64,000 bases of DNA, taken from Euprymna scolopes. Taxonomy: Eukaryota. The notes under the pieces were generated by a model, which was given only the letters and a program-made list of their open reading frames with translations, was not told the origin of the DNA and made no database searches. Location of the stretch: the NCBI GenBank assembly GCA_053919585.1, contig CM132793.1. One strand, written 5' to 3'. Made by a program: the position numbers and the translations under genes. The first letter of the stretch is position 1; the number at the start of each line of letters is the position of its first letter. This document shows positions 13,641 through 25,100 of this stretch, piece by piece.

Positions 13641-14136
13641 TATGTTGTGGTGGTTGCACCACGCCTCGTAGATCTTTTGTATTAGTTAGTATTGGTTAAT
13701 ATTATTAGATCTTTTGTATTAGTATTGGTTAATATTATGGGTGAACACGTCCTCCTTTTGACGCAACTGTTCATGGTGGAATCCAGGTTTAGCATTACAA
13801 ATTCCAGAGAATTATTTGAGGATGGTCACTATTACCAAGCGAATTATTTTGTGCTAAATAGTATTTTTTGTTTAAAAAATTAACCGTTGTAAGCATAGAA
13901 CAAAATATTGTTTACCTTATCGCCATCATGTAAATTGAAAAATAAGTTTCAGCACTCTTTCTGCGCTTTCTAACCATGAGGGAGAACACCATTGCGCAAG
14001 AGGATTTGAATATGTCGTGATACGAAGAAAAGTAAATTCTTCGTCTTTACTAAATTCGATTATTGATTGATTTTCCCAAACACAAAGAAAATAGTTAAAT
14101 GTTACTTTCAGCTGTAACAGAACACCGACCATTCAA

Positions 14137-14168
<32 letters not shown>

Positions 14169-14400
14169 GTTTGTTTTGAGGCCGCTGAAAACTCGCCAGA
14201 CATTTAAACCCGTCGTAAATTTACCATTCTGTCGCTTTTGAAGACTTGTTTCTGCAGGGTGCGGAATCGGAATTTAGAATTATCAAAGATGGAAATAAAA
14301 CAAGCATCGCAACTGATAGACAAAATCGGCATATATTTTTTAAACAAATATCATTCAGGAAGGTTGGAATAGTAACTATTCGAAGTGTCCGCCTTCTACA

Positions 14401-14928
14401 TCAATCACTGCCTCCACACAGCGCCTTGCAGGACTTGACAAGGTAGTCTTCCGGCATATTTTTCCAGGTTCTCATGATGGACTGCTTCAAGGCTTCAACA
14501 CTGCTGTGAGGAGTCTTGCAGGTCTCTGCGTCCACAACGATCCAAACAGAATAATCAAGGACATTTAGATGAGGTGAACAGGATGGCCAGAAGGAGGTTG
14601 GCAAAAACTTTGCAAAGCTGTTGGCAGAGAAATTTTGGACTTGGGTAGCCTTATGACACGGTGTAGAGTCCTGGATGAAGACGTAGTTGTTCTCTGGGTA
14701 ATTAGCCTTCAAAAGTGGGAGGACACAGTATCAGATTAGGCTGTAATAGTCCTTGGCCTCAATCTTTTCATAATGTTGAAAAAAGTGCAGAAAACACTTT
14801 CTGTATAAGGCCATGAAACCAAAGGCCATTACCGTGACCAGGTTTTTGGTCCTCATGACTGGCGTGACATTGTTGCGGGTAGTTGCGATCATTGTTAACA
14901 GTCTGGTCCCCGGTAAAAAGCTTTTCAT
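14401..14928 (-). mobile_element. Tc1/mariner-superfamily (DDxD, maT-like) transposase remnant
   Basis: FIQDSTPCH and WPSCSPHLNVLDYSVW. Confidence 0.75.
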
Positions 14929-15555
14929 TACTGAAGATTTTCATCTTTAGTGCATTCGCTAATGATGATCGTTAACTTGTCAGGGCTGTCAGGTGATGCA
15001 TTCAGGGAGTTTGTCTGCATCATCATCGCCTCTAAGACAATATCCGTAAACGGTAATGTCTCAGTGTCTTCGTTAGGCGGTATCGGACAGTTGATAGGTT
15101 GTCCGTGTTGTTTACACACATAGTTTTTGTGTTCGTATGTGTGTATATGTTTCGAGACTTGCCCATCCTTTTAGTTCTTCCATAGCATGTCTTGTACGAT
15201 AAAGGAACATACGATTTTCCATGGCCTGGCGTTCGTTAGCTACATGACGCCATGGGTCGTCGTTGCTTGTTGATAGACTGGGTGTTCATTTCAGGATACG
15301 TTCACTCTGATGCTTGACGTTAACATAGGTGTTAATCCCTTCCAGGATAAATTTAGCTTTCTTTACGTTTTGCAGCGTGAACCACATCTCCTCAGTGAAG
15401 ATGAGGCTTTTGTCCAAGCAGCTGCCGAACGTGAAGTTGTCACTGGCTTGACAACGCATTCTGCCGGCGTTCATTAACCCGTTTCGGATACTCCGTAGGA
15501 TGTACGATTTCCCGGAATTGGACGGTCCTGTTATGTGTAATGCGTTTTTTTTTGT
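14928..15555 (-). pseudogene. Parvovirus-like NS1 fragments (helicase and C-terminal tail)
   Basis: GRMRCQASDNFTFGSC and CKQHGQPINCP, both homologous to NS1-A. Confidence 0.88.
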
Positions 15556-16026
15556 TGTAATTTCGATTTCATGTTCCTATTCCCAGTGATAGATCCAAGT
15601 GTACGGTGTAAATTTTTTGCCGTCCTTGATATCGTTGAGGATGTAGTCGTTCCATTCCATTTTTTCTTGGAGCTGAGTGGTCCCGGTCCAAAACTGACTT
15701 TCGCTCCCCCAGAATTTAAAGGAAGAGAAGAAAGGGGGGTTGTGGGGGTCTCCTCCACATTATTGCCAAATATTTCAAAGTTGTTGATCGTCGTGTTAAC
15801 TGGAGTCATTCAAATTTGGCTTTTTTCTGATAATTTTATATAAATATTTATTAAATATAGATTATTAAAGAAAAATTTACAATAAAGTATTTGTTGTATA
15901 TGTTGTAAGATACGATGTTGTAAGATACGAAACGACGGCTTAAATTAAATACATGAGATATTTCTTCCATTACATCCGGTCACGTGTCATATCTCAGTCC
16001 TGGTCGGCCATTTTGGGTACTCTCGT

Positions 16027-16952
16027 CTAGGTCGACTGCTCTGGTGTTATTATTCTTACGTCCCATCTATCTAATGAGAGTTTATTATAGTCTGGTCTAA
16101 AATTAGCCATGACGATAACATGTGGTTTCTCGAAACTTTTTGTGCAGCCCATGTATTTTGTAGATACTAGGTATCCATTTTTTATTCCCTCGAGTAGTCC
16201 GTAATTAACATATGTTTCCATTGATCTGGTATAATCAAATAAGACTATTTTTTCTCCGTTATATATGTACGCGATATCTGCCGTTTTTCCGTTCATTAAT
16301 ACTTTTGCTCCTTTGGAACGTAAGTATTCACAGAGGAATGTTTTCCCTTTGTTCCCCTCATCGTCATAATACCAGATAATTTTTCTATCATCTGGTTTTC
16401 TTTGCACTTCTTGAATGAGTCGAAATTGCCAAGGTTTCCATATTGTTTTTTCAAACATAGCGCTTATTTCTTTATCATTTTTTCATTTATTTTGTCTGCT
16501 ATTAAGACGTCTATGCCCGCCTTGTGTGTTGTATATACGCTTAACATGGATCTGTATCTAACATATCTCATTGGATTTTTGTATCCATTTTCGACGATCT
16601 CGTGTATTTTTTCTTCCACTTTACTCCCTCCTTTTTCGTCAGTGTTGCTAGATTCACATTCGCCCTCCTCGTGTATAATTTTTCCTTCTTTCGAACAGTA
16701 TCTTTTGTTTTCTCTTTCTGTTCCTCTCGCGATCTCCAGATGTGCCGTTGGTACCATCCGTTTTAGTTTTGAGAAGTACATTCTGTTATTGAATCGTACA
16801 TATCCTTGATAATGTATCCTTTGAGTAGTTGGACAAGTCTCTTCTCCTACTATCATGTAATTGATAGGGTTTCCACCGAATATGTTTTTCCAATCTCTTT
16901 CTTCTTCTCCCTCCTTGAAAATGGTAAAGCACCATCTTCTTGCGCGTTGCAT
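16027..16952 (-). pseudogene. rep: CRESS DNA virus Rep (nanovirus/alphasatellite-like), one frameshift
   Basis: RCR motifs WCFTIF, IHYQG, YCSK; SF3 motifs GNKGKT, VLFD, VMAN. Confidence 0.92.
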
Positions 16953-16974
16953 CGTAGCAATAAAATATTAAAGC

Positions 16975-17010
16975 GGACGTTCGCTTTAGTATTACCAAGC
17001 GAACTGTCCC
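16975..17010 (+). promoter_or_regulatory. CRESS virus rolling-circle origin stem-loop
   Basis: Nonanucleotide TAGTATTAC (16987-16995) between the stem arms GTTCGCTT and AAGCGAAC, about 35 nt from the rep start. Confidence 0.9.
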
Positions 17011-18125
17011 GTGTCCCGTTCTTCATACACATATATACATGTCATCAGCAGCAGCTTCTCTTTCTCTCTCTGACTTTGTCTCTCTCTTCTCCATTGTTGT
17101 GGATCGTCACGCGCTCTAGCAGGCAACGGAAGAGGAGGAAAAAAAAATAGTTTGCTCTTCAATTTCTCCTTTCTCTTTCCCCTCCTTTTTCTTTAAAAGT
17201 CTTATTTTTTTTTTTTCAAATTTTCAGTGTTCTTTCCTTTTTCTTCAACCGTGTGTTACTTCTTAAAGTGTCTTCTTTTTTCTTTTTTTTTGAGCTCACT
17301 GTACGGTTTTCTCTTCTTACTTAAAACTTATTTCCTTTCTTCATCCGTCACTATCTGTCTCCTATTATAAAATCTTTTTAAACCTACGTTAAGATAAAAA
17401 TTAAATTTCTACATGATCCTGGGAACTTCTCTATCAATTCTATCCACAACCTCCTTATACAGCTCCATACCCAATCACTATTCTGGGCAAGGTCCACGGC
17501 CTCGCTTAGCTTAACGGGGTTAGACTTCAACATGTCCGCCTGTATGTCTCGATCAAGAAGGGCTTCACCCAAGACGTCTGCCAGCAATGCCTGAATTGGT
17601 CCACCGTCTGGGACCGACTGGTCCAGAATGGCACATATGGCCAGTTATATTTGCTCGGCCAGAGTATCTATCTCCTCTTCGGTCCGCTTGCATGAGTTGC
17701 CAATGCCAAATAGACCACCAAGCCAGTAGAGATGAGACTGACATGCTCTGTTAACTTCATATGGCATGTCATAGCCAAGCATGACTTTTATCGCTATCTC
17801 AAAGTTGTTACCACCTCTGGATTGTGAGAGGCCAATACTCTCTGGTTGAGCCAGTTTATTTAGGGCTGGTTGATGTTTAAATTTTTCAATCATAAAGAAA
17901 AAATGTGATCATCTTTTTCACTTATTAAAATTGACATAAGATTAAGTATTTTCTGTTATATTTGTTGTCTGTGTTACAGGATCTACAAAGTTAGGCTGTG
18001 GTTCACCAGTAAATGGTGATATACCCTCTCCTCCCACTTTGCTGTAAGCCCACTAACAGTCTGATACGACTGTGGTCTGCGACAGAATGTATTTTCTTAT
18101 TAGTAGAAGGAGGGTTTCAGCATTC

Positions 18126-18800
18126 CTATTTGGTACGCTTTTCCTTACAATGATCCACATTCATGGACTGAGTTTTTTTGATACCCCAGTATTTTAGTTT
18201 GGGCATTGGATTTTTGAGTTTATGGTAATGCATTCGTGCTTTTAAATTTGGTTCTTCTCCAGGTATAGTCAACCACGGGTCTGTGTTTGACATGCTCAGG
18301 CAGAGTGTTCGTCTCATTAATCTTTCAGGATTATTCTTTACGTTCACATGCGTGGTTCCTCCTAATATGACTTTCGCCTGGTCGACTTTGTGTGAATAAA
18401 ATTGCATTTCGTCGGTGTAGATTAGTGCTCTGTCTACACAGTTCGTGAATGTGAAAGCGTCTTGGTCTCTGCATCGCATTTGTCCGTAGTTGACTATGCC
18501 CTCACGGATAGAACTGATTATGTTTCCCCTGCGTTTGCCGGTCCTTGTAGATAAAATGCATTTATTTTGGGTAACATTTTGTGGCAAACATCGAAGAGTT
18601 CTTTAGCTATCGTCTGTTGGTTTAATCTATGATGTTCGCACCAAACCTCATATATTCTGAGGCTCTCCTTCAGTGGCCAGTAGTAATTTCCTTCCAGGTT
18701 TCGGAAGTAATCAGTTTTGTTTTTGATTTCCATATCGGTATGTTGATTTCCTTTATGTTCACCTCTGTGAATACTTGTATTGTTGATGTGTTATATAGTG
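18126..18800 (-). pseudogene. Divergent parvovirus-like NS1 helicase fragment
   Basis: INAFYLQGPANAG, GQMRCRDQDAFTFTNCVDRALIYTDE. Confidence 0.85.
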
Positions 18801-19399
18801 GGGTGTCATAAAGGAGATTGTATCATAAAGGGAATAGTGTCAAGAAGGAGATTCGTGTACGTGATCGTCTAGTTTCTAATCTTATTGTTCATGTCTTCGT
18901 GGGTGTGTGTTTGTGTACATGCATTTCTTAACATACCTTTTCATTCATGTGTCGTCGGTTGTTCCTCTGGTGTTCATTGTCTCTTGGAGGGGAGCTGGCC
19001 TGTTGGATGAAGAATTCACTCCAAGATGATAATTAAGGTTTTATGTTTTTATTCACCTTCCAAAGGTCGACACAGAATGGAGGTGAACCTTGCTTGCTTG
19101 ATGGTACCGTCAGCGTCCTCCCCAGCCCAGGGGGGGGGGCAGCTGAAAAGCCGTCTGTCTTCTTCAACACCCGAAACCAAACTGCCAAGAAAGAATCAGC
19201 TAACCTCATCACATGACACCACGTCATCTGGTCAGCTGACCCTTCTTCTGCAAACGTGTCCACTGTCCACGTTATTCACCTCTCTCTCTTTCCCTCCCTC
19301 TCCCTCGCTCTATTCTCTAATAGAGACACAGAGAGAGAAAATAGAAAGAGTAAGAAAGCCAGAGAGGGGGGGAGAGATGCTCATTAACAGATGGACTGC

Positions 19400-20000
19400 G
19401 TGTTTTCTATGATGTATTGGAAGTCCCGTTGATATTGGGCTCCCGCTCCATCATAGAAGTGTACCAGGTCGGATATGTCTTGTCCTGGACAGTGCTCTAA
19501 CTGTATCTATATTCTTTAGTCCGCTTGTTTGTGGTCGTCTGGTTATTGTATGTTGGTTGTCGTTTAAAATGTCGAACCACATTTTTTGTGCCTCGGTGGT
19601 AATGTTATTAATTGAAACTAATTGTTTTCCTGCGTTTGCTTGTGGGATCCTGCATATCCGTATGGGGTTTTTGCACTTTCTGCTTTCGTATAAGTGGCGA
19701 TCGCGTCATGATCACCTGCTTCCATTAGTCCTTTTTTCAATTCTTTGAAGGCGTAAAGTTCGGACGGGTGTCTATCATGGAAGCTTACTATATGGAAATG
19801 TTGTCGTCCTTGTATCTTTTGGCATCAGCTGTCGTATATGATTATACATGGGTGCCCGTTTAGTATGTTCATTAGATGTTTATTATTACTGTCGGGATGT
19901 TCACATCTTAGTACTTCGCTTGGTTTTAATTCGAGGTTTGGGAAGTCCCAATGATATTCGTTTTCGTAACGAAACCTGTATACCCAGTTGTATTCTTTCA
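19400..20000 (-). pseudogene. Degraded NS1 N-terminal (HUH endonuclease) fragment
   Basis: Manual translation of about 19745-19805 gives HFHIVSFHDRHPSELYAFKEL, matching HFHVISWHFEHPTSEYGF. Confidence 0.7.
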
Positions 20001-20199
20001 AGCTGGTCTGTTGCAGTGCTGTCTGATCTGTGTTAAATTGTTGGTACTTGGGCTCTTAGCTTTGGTCATCAATTCGGAATGTTGTTAGTCTGGTTGTCAT
20101 TTTGGTTGACGTGGAGTCTCTGCCGTGTTGAATGTTCTGGTGTCCGTTGGTTTTTTGTCTGTTTATATGTGTATGTCCTTTGTTTGACGTCAGTGTTGG

Positions 20200-20780
20200 A
20201 CAGGTTAAGTGCCACATTACCTGTCTGTTTATCCGTTGATGTATAGTGAAGTCGTCTGATCTAGCATTATTCCTGCGTCCTTCTGAAAGTTGGATGTGGT
20301 TGCGTGCACTCGACGTTTAACATTTGTCCCGGTTAAGTGCCCGTTCGGTTGTGTTAGTAAGTTAATTGGCATCCTTTCGTTCTTCATTGTCATCGTTTAA
20401 GTGCTGTGTTTTGTTTGCGGATGGTCAAATTGTTCGTACAGTAAGTGGACGTCCATTTCATAAGTGATGTTGAATGTGAAGAAGTTTGGCCTTGAACCTT
20501 CGGCTTCTGTTACCATCGGTGCGTGTACTTACTAATGGCCTGTATTGTAGACTTTTATTTTTCCATTCGAAGTTATATAAGTCTCTTTGCCTTAGTTCGT
20601 GAAAATTTGGACTCCTCCACATTCGTCTCCAGTCCTGAAGTTCTTTTGCGTCTAAACTGAAGTCTTCTTTTCCGGGCGAAATGTCTTTTTCAAAGATGTC
20701 CTTTGCTAATCCCGCTGGCATCCAATATCGGTTGGTAGTTTTACGGCCTCGTATTCTACAGGTTTGCATTCTACCCAGTT
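20200..20780 (-). pseudogene. Divergent VP fragment
   Basis: QDWRRM...LRQRDLYNFEWKNKSLQYRPL aligns with HDWREM...LRQGDSFTHVWRNHSLLRRPL. Confidence 0.7.
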
Positions 20781-21191
20781 TCTATTTGGTATATGTGAAA
20801 TATCTAATAAATTCCCGAAGCCGACAAATTTTCCGTAGTCTTCGTATAAATAAAACTTTGGTGATGGAATATATCTTTTCTCTCCTTTGCTGTCTGATGG
20901 CCAAAGTTAACCATCTTGCCTGATGTATAGACCCAATTTTCCAAGCAGCAAATTTAGGATCAAGTTTTCCTCTAGAAATGCCAAGTGCATATTCAAATAA
21001 GTCTCTGGTCAGAGGTTAGTTTACTTATTTCCTCAGCCGTAAAACAAATATTTAGAGGACAACCAACTGGTGTAAATATTTTTTTTTTTTTTTATTCAGG
21101 AAAATTATGTAACATTTCCAATAGCAATAATCTTATATGTTTATTAATATTATTACATAAAGCAGTGGCTGAGTCCAATTTTTGTTTCAGT

Positions 21192-22103
21192 TTATCTATC
21201 GCTGTTGTCATTGTTGTCGTCATCGAAGCGCAGACGTTTGATAGCAGAACCAGTCCATCTACATCGTCCATCTGATCCGTTTCGTTTTGTTGGTGCGGTA
21301 GGTTGAGTAAGTGTTGTAGATTCTCCTTTCTTTAGTGTAGATGTTGTAGTTTTCTCATATTCATCTAAAAAAGATGAGATAGCAATATCCGAATCAGAGG
21401 AAGTATCTTCCGACAGGACATACTCCTCAAACAATGAATTCCACAGAGCCGGATTAAGAGGTTTCTTTGCTTTAGCCAAGAAATCACTAGCTATGATAAA
21501 GTGGTACTTAATGTATCTAGATTTAAATGCCTGTCTTTCAATGTACTGTGCGTGTTGATCAAATTCATGATTACTTTTAATGATTAAAGGTATGCTTTTT
21601 ATCGTCTGATCTGCTCCGTATTTAATGCTTACCTCTGTATCAACCCCCTCCGCTATGTTTTTGAATGTTTGGAGAGTTTCCATTGTCATATTTGGCTCCT
21701 CAATTAGACCTACCTCAACATTAACCAAACTCATGGAAGGAAAACTTGCTGTACTTTGTACAGTAGCTGAATGTTGAAACAGATCTACTACTGATTGAGC
21801 GATGGTAGATTTACCACTATCAGGTACACCCTGTAATACTAACAGGATTTTCTTTGGAAACTTTTGATTTAAAATATTCCAAACATCATTAACGAATTTG
21901 GATATATCAATATTTTGTTTTCTTAACAATAATCTGAATAACCTAAGAGAAATATCTGATAGATATGAAGTATTGTTTAAATATAGGTTCCAATCTTTTT
22001 TGTTGTATTTGTCTATGAAAGATTGGTTTATGAGTTTAATTCTATCACAATCAATAACTTTTTTTATTATTGTATTGTACTGTGGATGAGAGATAGCCCT
22101 CAT
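21192..22103 (-). CDS. SF3 helicase domain of a distantly related parvovirus-like NS1 (5' truncated)
   Basis: GVPDSGKS (A), LIEE (B), KNIAEG...VSIKY (B'), IIKSN (C). Confidence 0.8.
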   Translation of the reverse strand: MRAISHPQYNTIIKKVIDCDRIKLINQSFIDKYNKKDWNLYLNNTSYLSDISLRLFRLLLRKQNIDISKFVNDVWNILNQKFPKKILLVLQGVPDSGKSTIAQSVVDLFQHSATVQSTASFPSMSLVNVEVGLIEEPNMTMETLQTFKNIAEGVDTEVSIKYGADQTIKSIPLIIKSNHEFDQHAQYIERQAFKSRYIKYHFIIASDFLAKAKKPLNPALWNSLFEEYVLSEDTSSDSDIAISSFLDEYEKTTTSTLKKGESTTLTQPTAPTKRNGSDGRCRWTGSAIKRLRFDDDNNDNSDR

Positions 22104-22446
22104 AAAATTATTATTGGGATTATGTGAACGGCCTATCCAATCACCTTTCGGTACTTTTGCACTTAGCGAACCAGACGTAACTCAGAAATCGCTCGGATTT
22201 GTCCGGCGCATGATGTCAACAGCCGGATAAAACCGAGCGTTGCCGATTAAATAAAAACAATGCTACAACAAAATAACTGTACAATGAAATTGTAAAATGT
22301 AGAAACATAAATTTAAATAAATAAAAAGCAAAAACCTACCGTTCATTTATGTTTTTTTATTAATAATTTAATTTTTTTTTTTTTTTTTTTTTTTTTTAAT
22401 TGTTTTCTGTTATCAAAAAAAAATAAATAAATAAGTTTTTTTAATT

Positions 22447-22915
22447 ATAAAAAAATCTCTATGTAGGGTGCCCCCCTCCACCATTAAACGTTTAATGGTG
22501 GAGGGGGGCACCCTACATAGAGATTTTTTTATTTTCTCTGACAGGTTTTGAATAAAATAGAATACGGGAGAATTGGACTTATCTAAGTTGCCACTTAGTG
22601 CCATGCTCTAATACCTTACCTTATAGAGTTTATAGAAATATAACGCGCGCGCGTAGAAAAACTTTCATTCATCTAATGTCTGGTGGTTCTGAAAAATAAT
22701 TTCATGCATCTCATGTCATGCGTCATGCAGAAGGAAAAATATTAAAATACAAACACATGTATGGTATTATATATATATTTATTATACTATAATATTGCAA
22801 TTACAATAATAATTCCAATAATAGTAATAATAATAGAAAGGACAGACATTAGATAGGAAAAAGTTTTTTGGCGGCCATGACACCTTAGACTTAGACCATA
22901 GATGGATTTCTTTTT
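22447..22915. repeat. Viral NS-end terminal module type A with 86-bp perfect palindrome
   Basis: Palindrome 22447-22532 with axis at 22489/22490; the module recurs at 36949, 45084 and 50927, always directly after an NS1-A-type 3' end. Confidence 0.85.
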
Positions 22916-23022
22916 TATCAGTCAGAGTCTGTCAGTAATTCCTCGCAGTACATTACCAATGTCTGCAAGGATTTTGTTTGTTTGTGCGTTATGTGTATGC
23001 GTGTGCAGTTCTCTGTCCCGTA

Positions 23023-24888
23023 TTAGTGTGAACTCGTTGATGTTTTTTTTTTTTTGTTTTTTTCGGCGCTGTTTTCTTTGTCGTCGTCGCTGTCAGTTAT
23101 TATGATTAAGTCTGTACTGTCTGTGTCTGGTGGCGCCGACGGCGAATTACTATTTGTCATCATTTCCTCTAAGTCGGAGTCCGTAAACGGTACTGTCATG
23201 TCGGAGTCGTTTGGTGGCGTCGGACAGTTTATGGGATGTCCGTGTGTCAGACATACCTGGGCTGGCTGGTTTGGATCTAATTCGCACTGTTCGTTCATTT
23301 CAGGCAGTAAGTTGCGCCGTACGTCTCGTACCCGTAGTTTTTTCGAAGGACTGTGTTCGTCCTCCTCCTTCCACGTGTACCTGCTTGGTTTTGGTTGTGC
23401 GGTCAATTTTCCTGCCTTCGGGATGTAACCGTCTCGCTGGTAATCCGTGATGTGTTTGCGCCATATTGTCAGCCACATCAGCGGGTTGAGTTCTAAAGTT
23501 CCCCATCCCTTTAGGTCGTCCATCGCCGTTCGGGTTGTAAACAGGAACATCCTGTTGATCATGGCCTGCTTTTCGTTGGCCACGTGTCGCCATGGTTCGT
23601 CGTTGCTGGTGGACAAGCAGGGCGTGCGTTTTAGGATTCGCTCGCTCTGGTGTTTCACGTTCACGTAGGTGTCCGTTCCCTCCAGGATGCACTTGGCTTC
23701 CTCGACGTTCTGTGGCGTGAACCACATTTCCTCCGTGAATATGAGACTCTTGTCTACGCAGCTGCCGAAAGTGAAGTTGTCACTCGCCTGGCATCTCATT
23801 CTTTCTGCGTTCATCAGACCGTTTCTGATGCTGCGAAGGATGTAAGATTTTCCCGAATTCGATGGTCCGGTGATGTGTAGTGCGTTTTTCTTTGGACGTA
23901 TCTTGTGGCAAACCTCGAACGTCCCTGTTGCGAACTCGTCGGCGTCGATCTGGTGGTACTCCAGCCATTCGTCGTAGATGTCTAGCGACTTTTGTACCGG
24001 CCAGTATTGGTGAGTCATAGCCGAGAACAGCTCGTGTTTTTCTCGAATCTGTTCGTGGATAGGCGTGACTCGGCTTTGTATTTGGACGTCTGTAGCTGCA
24101 GCGGCGATGATGTTCGATAGGTTTGCCGTGTTTTTATGTATGCTCGTCCAGGTCTGTCTCGTCGATGGTTTTGCTGTCCTAGCGCAGTAGATCATCAAGT
24201 CTCCGACGTCCGTGGAATTGGCCTTTTTCATGATCTTTGTGAGAAAGTCGTATTTCTGACCTCTCAGGCTGTCGGATTTGTTAGCAAGGCGCGATTCCTC
24301 GAGTTCCGGACTTGGTTCCCTGATGGTTTTCTCCGTTAATTGACGTAGCATAGCCAGTTGTCTTTCTGTGGTCAGGTTCCCTGCCGATAGCACCGTTCTG
24401 ATGGTCGGATCTGTCGTTAAGTAAGTGCAAAGCCCGTATGGACTGTATACCTTTGGACAAGTCATGGTATACGGCTGTTCCCCACGGTCCTGCAGCGTCC
24501 TCTTTAATCGGCTGAATCCGTATTCGCTGGTCGGATGCTCGAAATGCCAACTAATGACGTGAAAGTGGTCCACATCCGAGCAGTTCTTTAGTCGGCTTGG
24601 TCTGGCCTTGTGATACACCACAATGTTCGGACGTTGGTCGAGCAGGTTCGCCAGCAGTGAGTTTTCTCGATCGGTTTCGTCGAAGGTGCAAGCCTTTCGG
24701 AAGGGCGGTATGTGTTGTTGTTCTGGCTTTACGTCAAATGAGTTGGTCCGTCGCCATCTGTACACCCAAGTGTATGGTGTTAGTTTGCGTCCGGCGTGGG
24801 TGTCGGAGAGGATGTAGTCGTTGAAGCGGGCCTTCTCCTCGTGTTGTGTCGCTGCCTCCATCATCGCTGTCTGAGGATCCGTTCCCAT
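23023..24888 (-). CDS. NS1: Parvovirus-like NS1 (HUH endonuclease plus SF3 helicase), open 621-aa ORF
   Basis: DHFHVISW (HUH), YGLCTYL, GPSNSGKS, LIFTEE, STSN; TATAAAT upstream. Confidence 0.92.
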   Translation of the reverse strand: MGTDPQTAMMEAATQHEEKARFNDYILSDTHAGRKLTPYTWVYRWRRTNSFDVKPEQQHIPPFRKACTFDETDRENSLLANLLDQRPNIVVYHKARPSRLKNCSDVDHFHVISWHFEHPTSEYGFSRLKRTLQDRGEQPYTMTCPKVYSPYGLCTYLTTDPTIRTVLSAGNLTTERQLAMLRQLTEKTIREPSPELEESRLANKSDSLRGQKYDFLTKIMKKANSTDVGDLMIYCARTAKPSTRQTWTSIHKNTANLSNIIAAAATDVQIQSRVTPIHEQIREKHELFSAMTHQYWPVQKSLDIYDEWLEYHQIDADEFATGTFEVCHKIRPKKNALHITGPSNSGKSYILRSIRNGLMNAERMRCQASDNFTFGSCVDKSLIFTEEMWFTPQNVEEAKCILEGTDTYVNVKHQSERILKRTPCLSTSNDEPWRHVANEKQAMINRMFLFTTRTAMDDLKGWGTLELNPLMWLTIWRKHITDYQRDGYIPKAGKLTAQPKPSRYTWKEEDEHSPSKKLRVRDVRRNLLPEMNEQCELDPNQPAQVCLTHGHPINCPTPPNDSDMTVPFTDSDLEEMMTNSNSPSAPPDTDSTDLIIITDSDDDKENSAEKNKKKKTSTSSH

Positions 24889-25058
24889 GCCGTCTTATTT
24901 ATAATGGTTTTTCCCTTAGGTCTGCACATTCCTGCAGGATCAGATTTCGCTGACTTTGCGAATGGGATATGTGTGGCGTAAATGAAATTTTGCTGACGCA
25001 GTTTAAATTTTAGCGAAGTCAGCGTTTTTTAGTCCACGCCTCCTGTAGGGCGTGTCCT

Positions 25059-25100
25059 GTTATTTGTTCACGAACTTGCCGTGATTGTAGCCAATGGTGT
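25059..25100 (-). pseudogene. VP C-terminus (TIGYNHGKFVNK*) truncated by Gypsy sequence
   Basis: Matches the end of VP-A at 47659. Confidence 0.85.

Noticed and set aside
13831-13845. TATTACCAAGCGAA match to the CRESS origin arm
   Set aside because: Short match inside a transposon terminal sequence with no stem-loop; likely chance
22530-22630. Spliced-leader or snRNA gene (AG/GTAAGG plus U-rich tract on the minus strand)
   Set aside because: No recognisable leader or fold; position next to NS1 ends favours a viral terminus, though an ncRNA is not excluded
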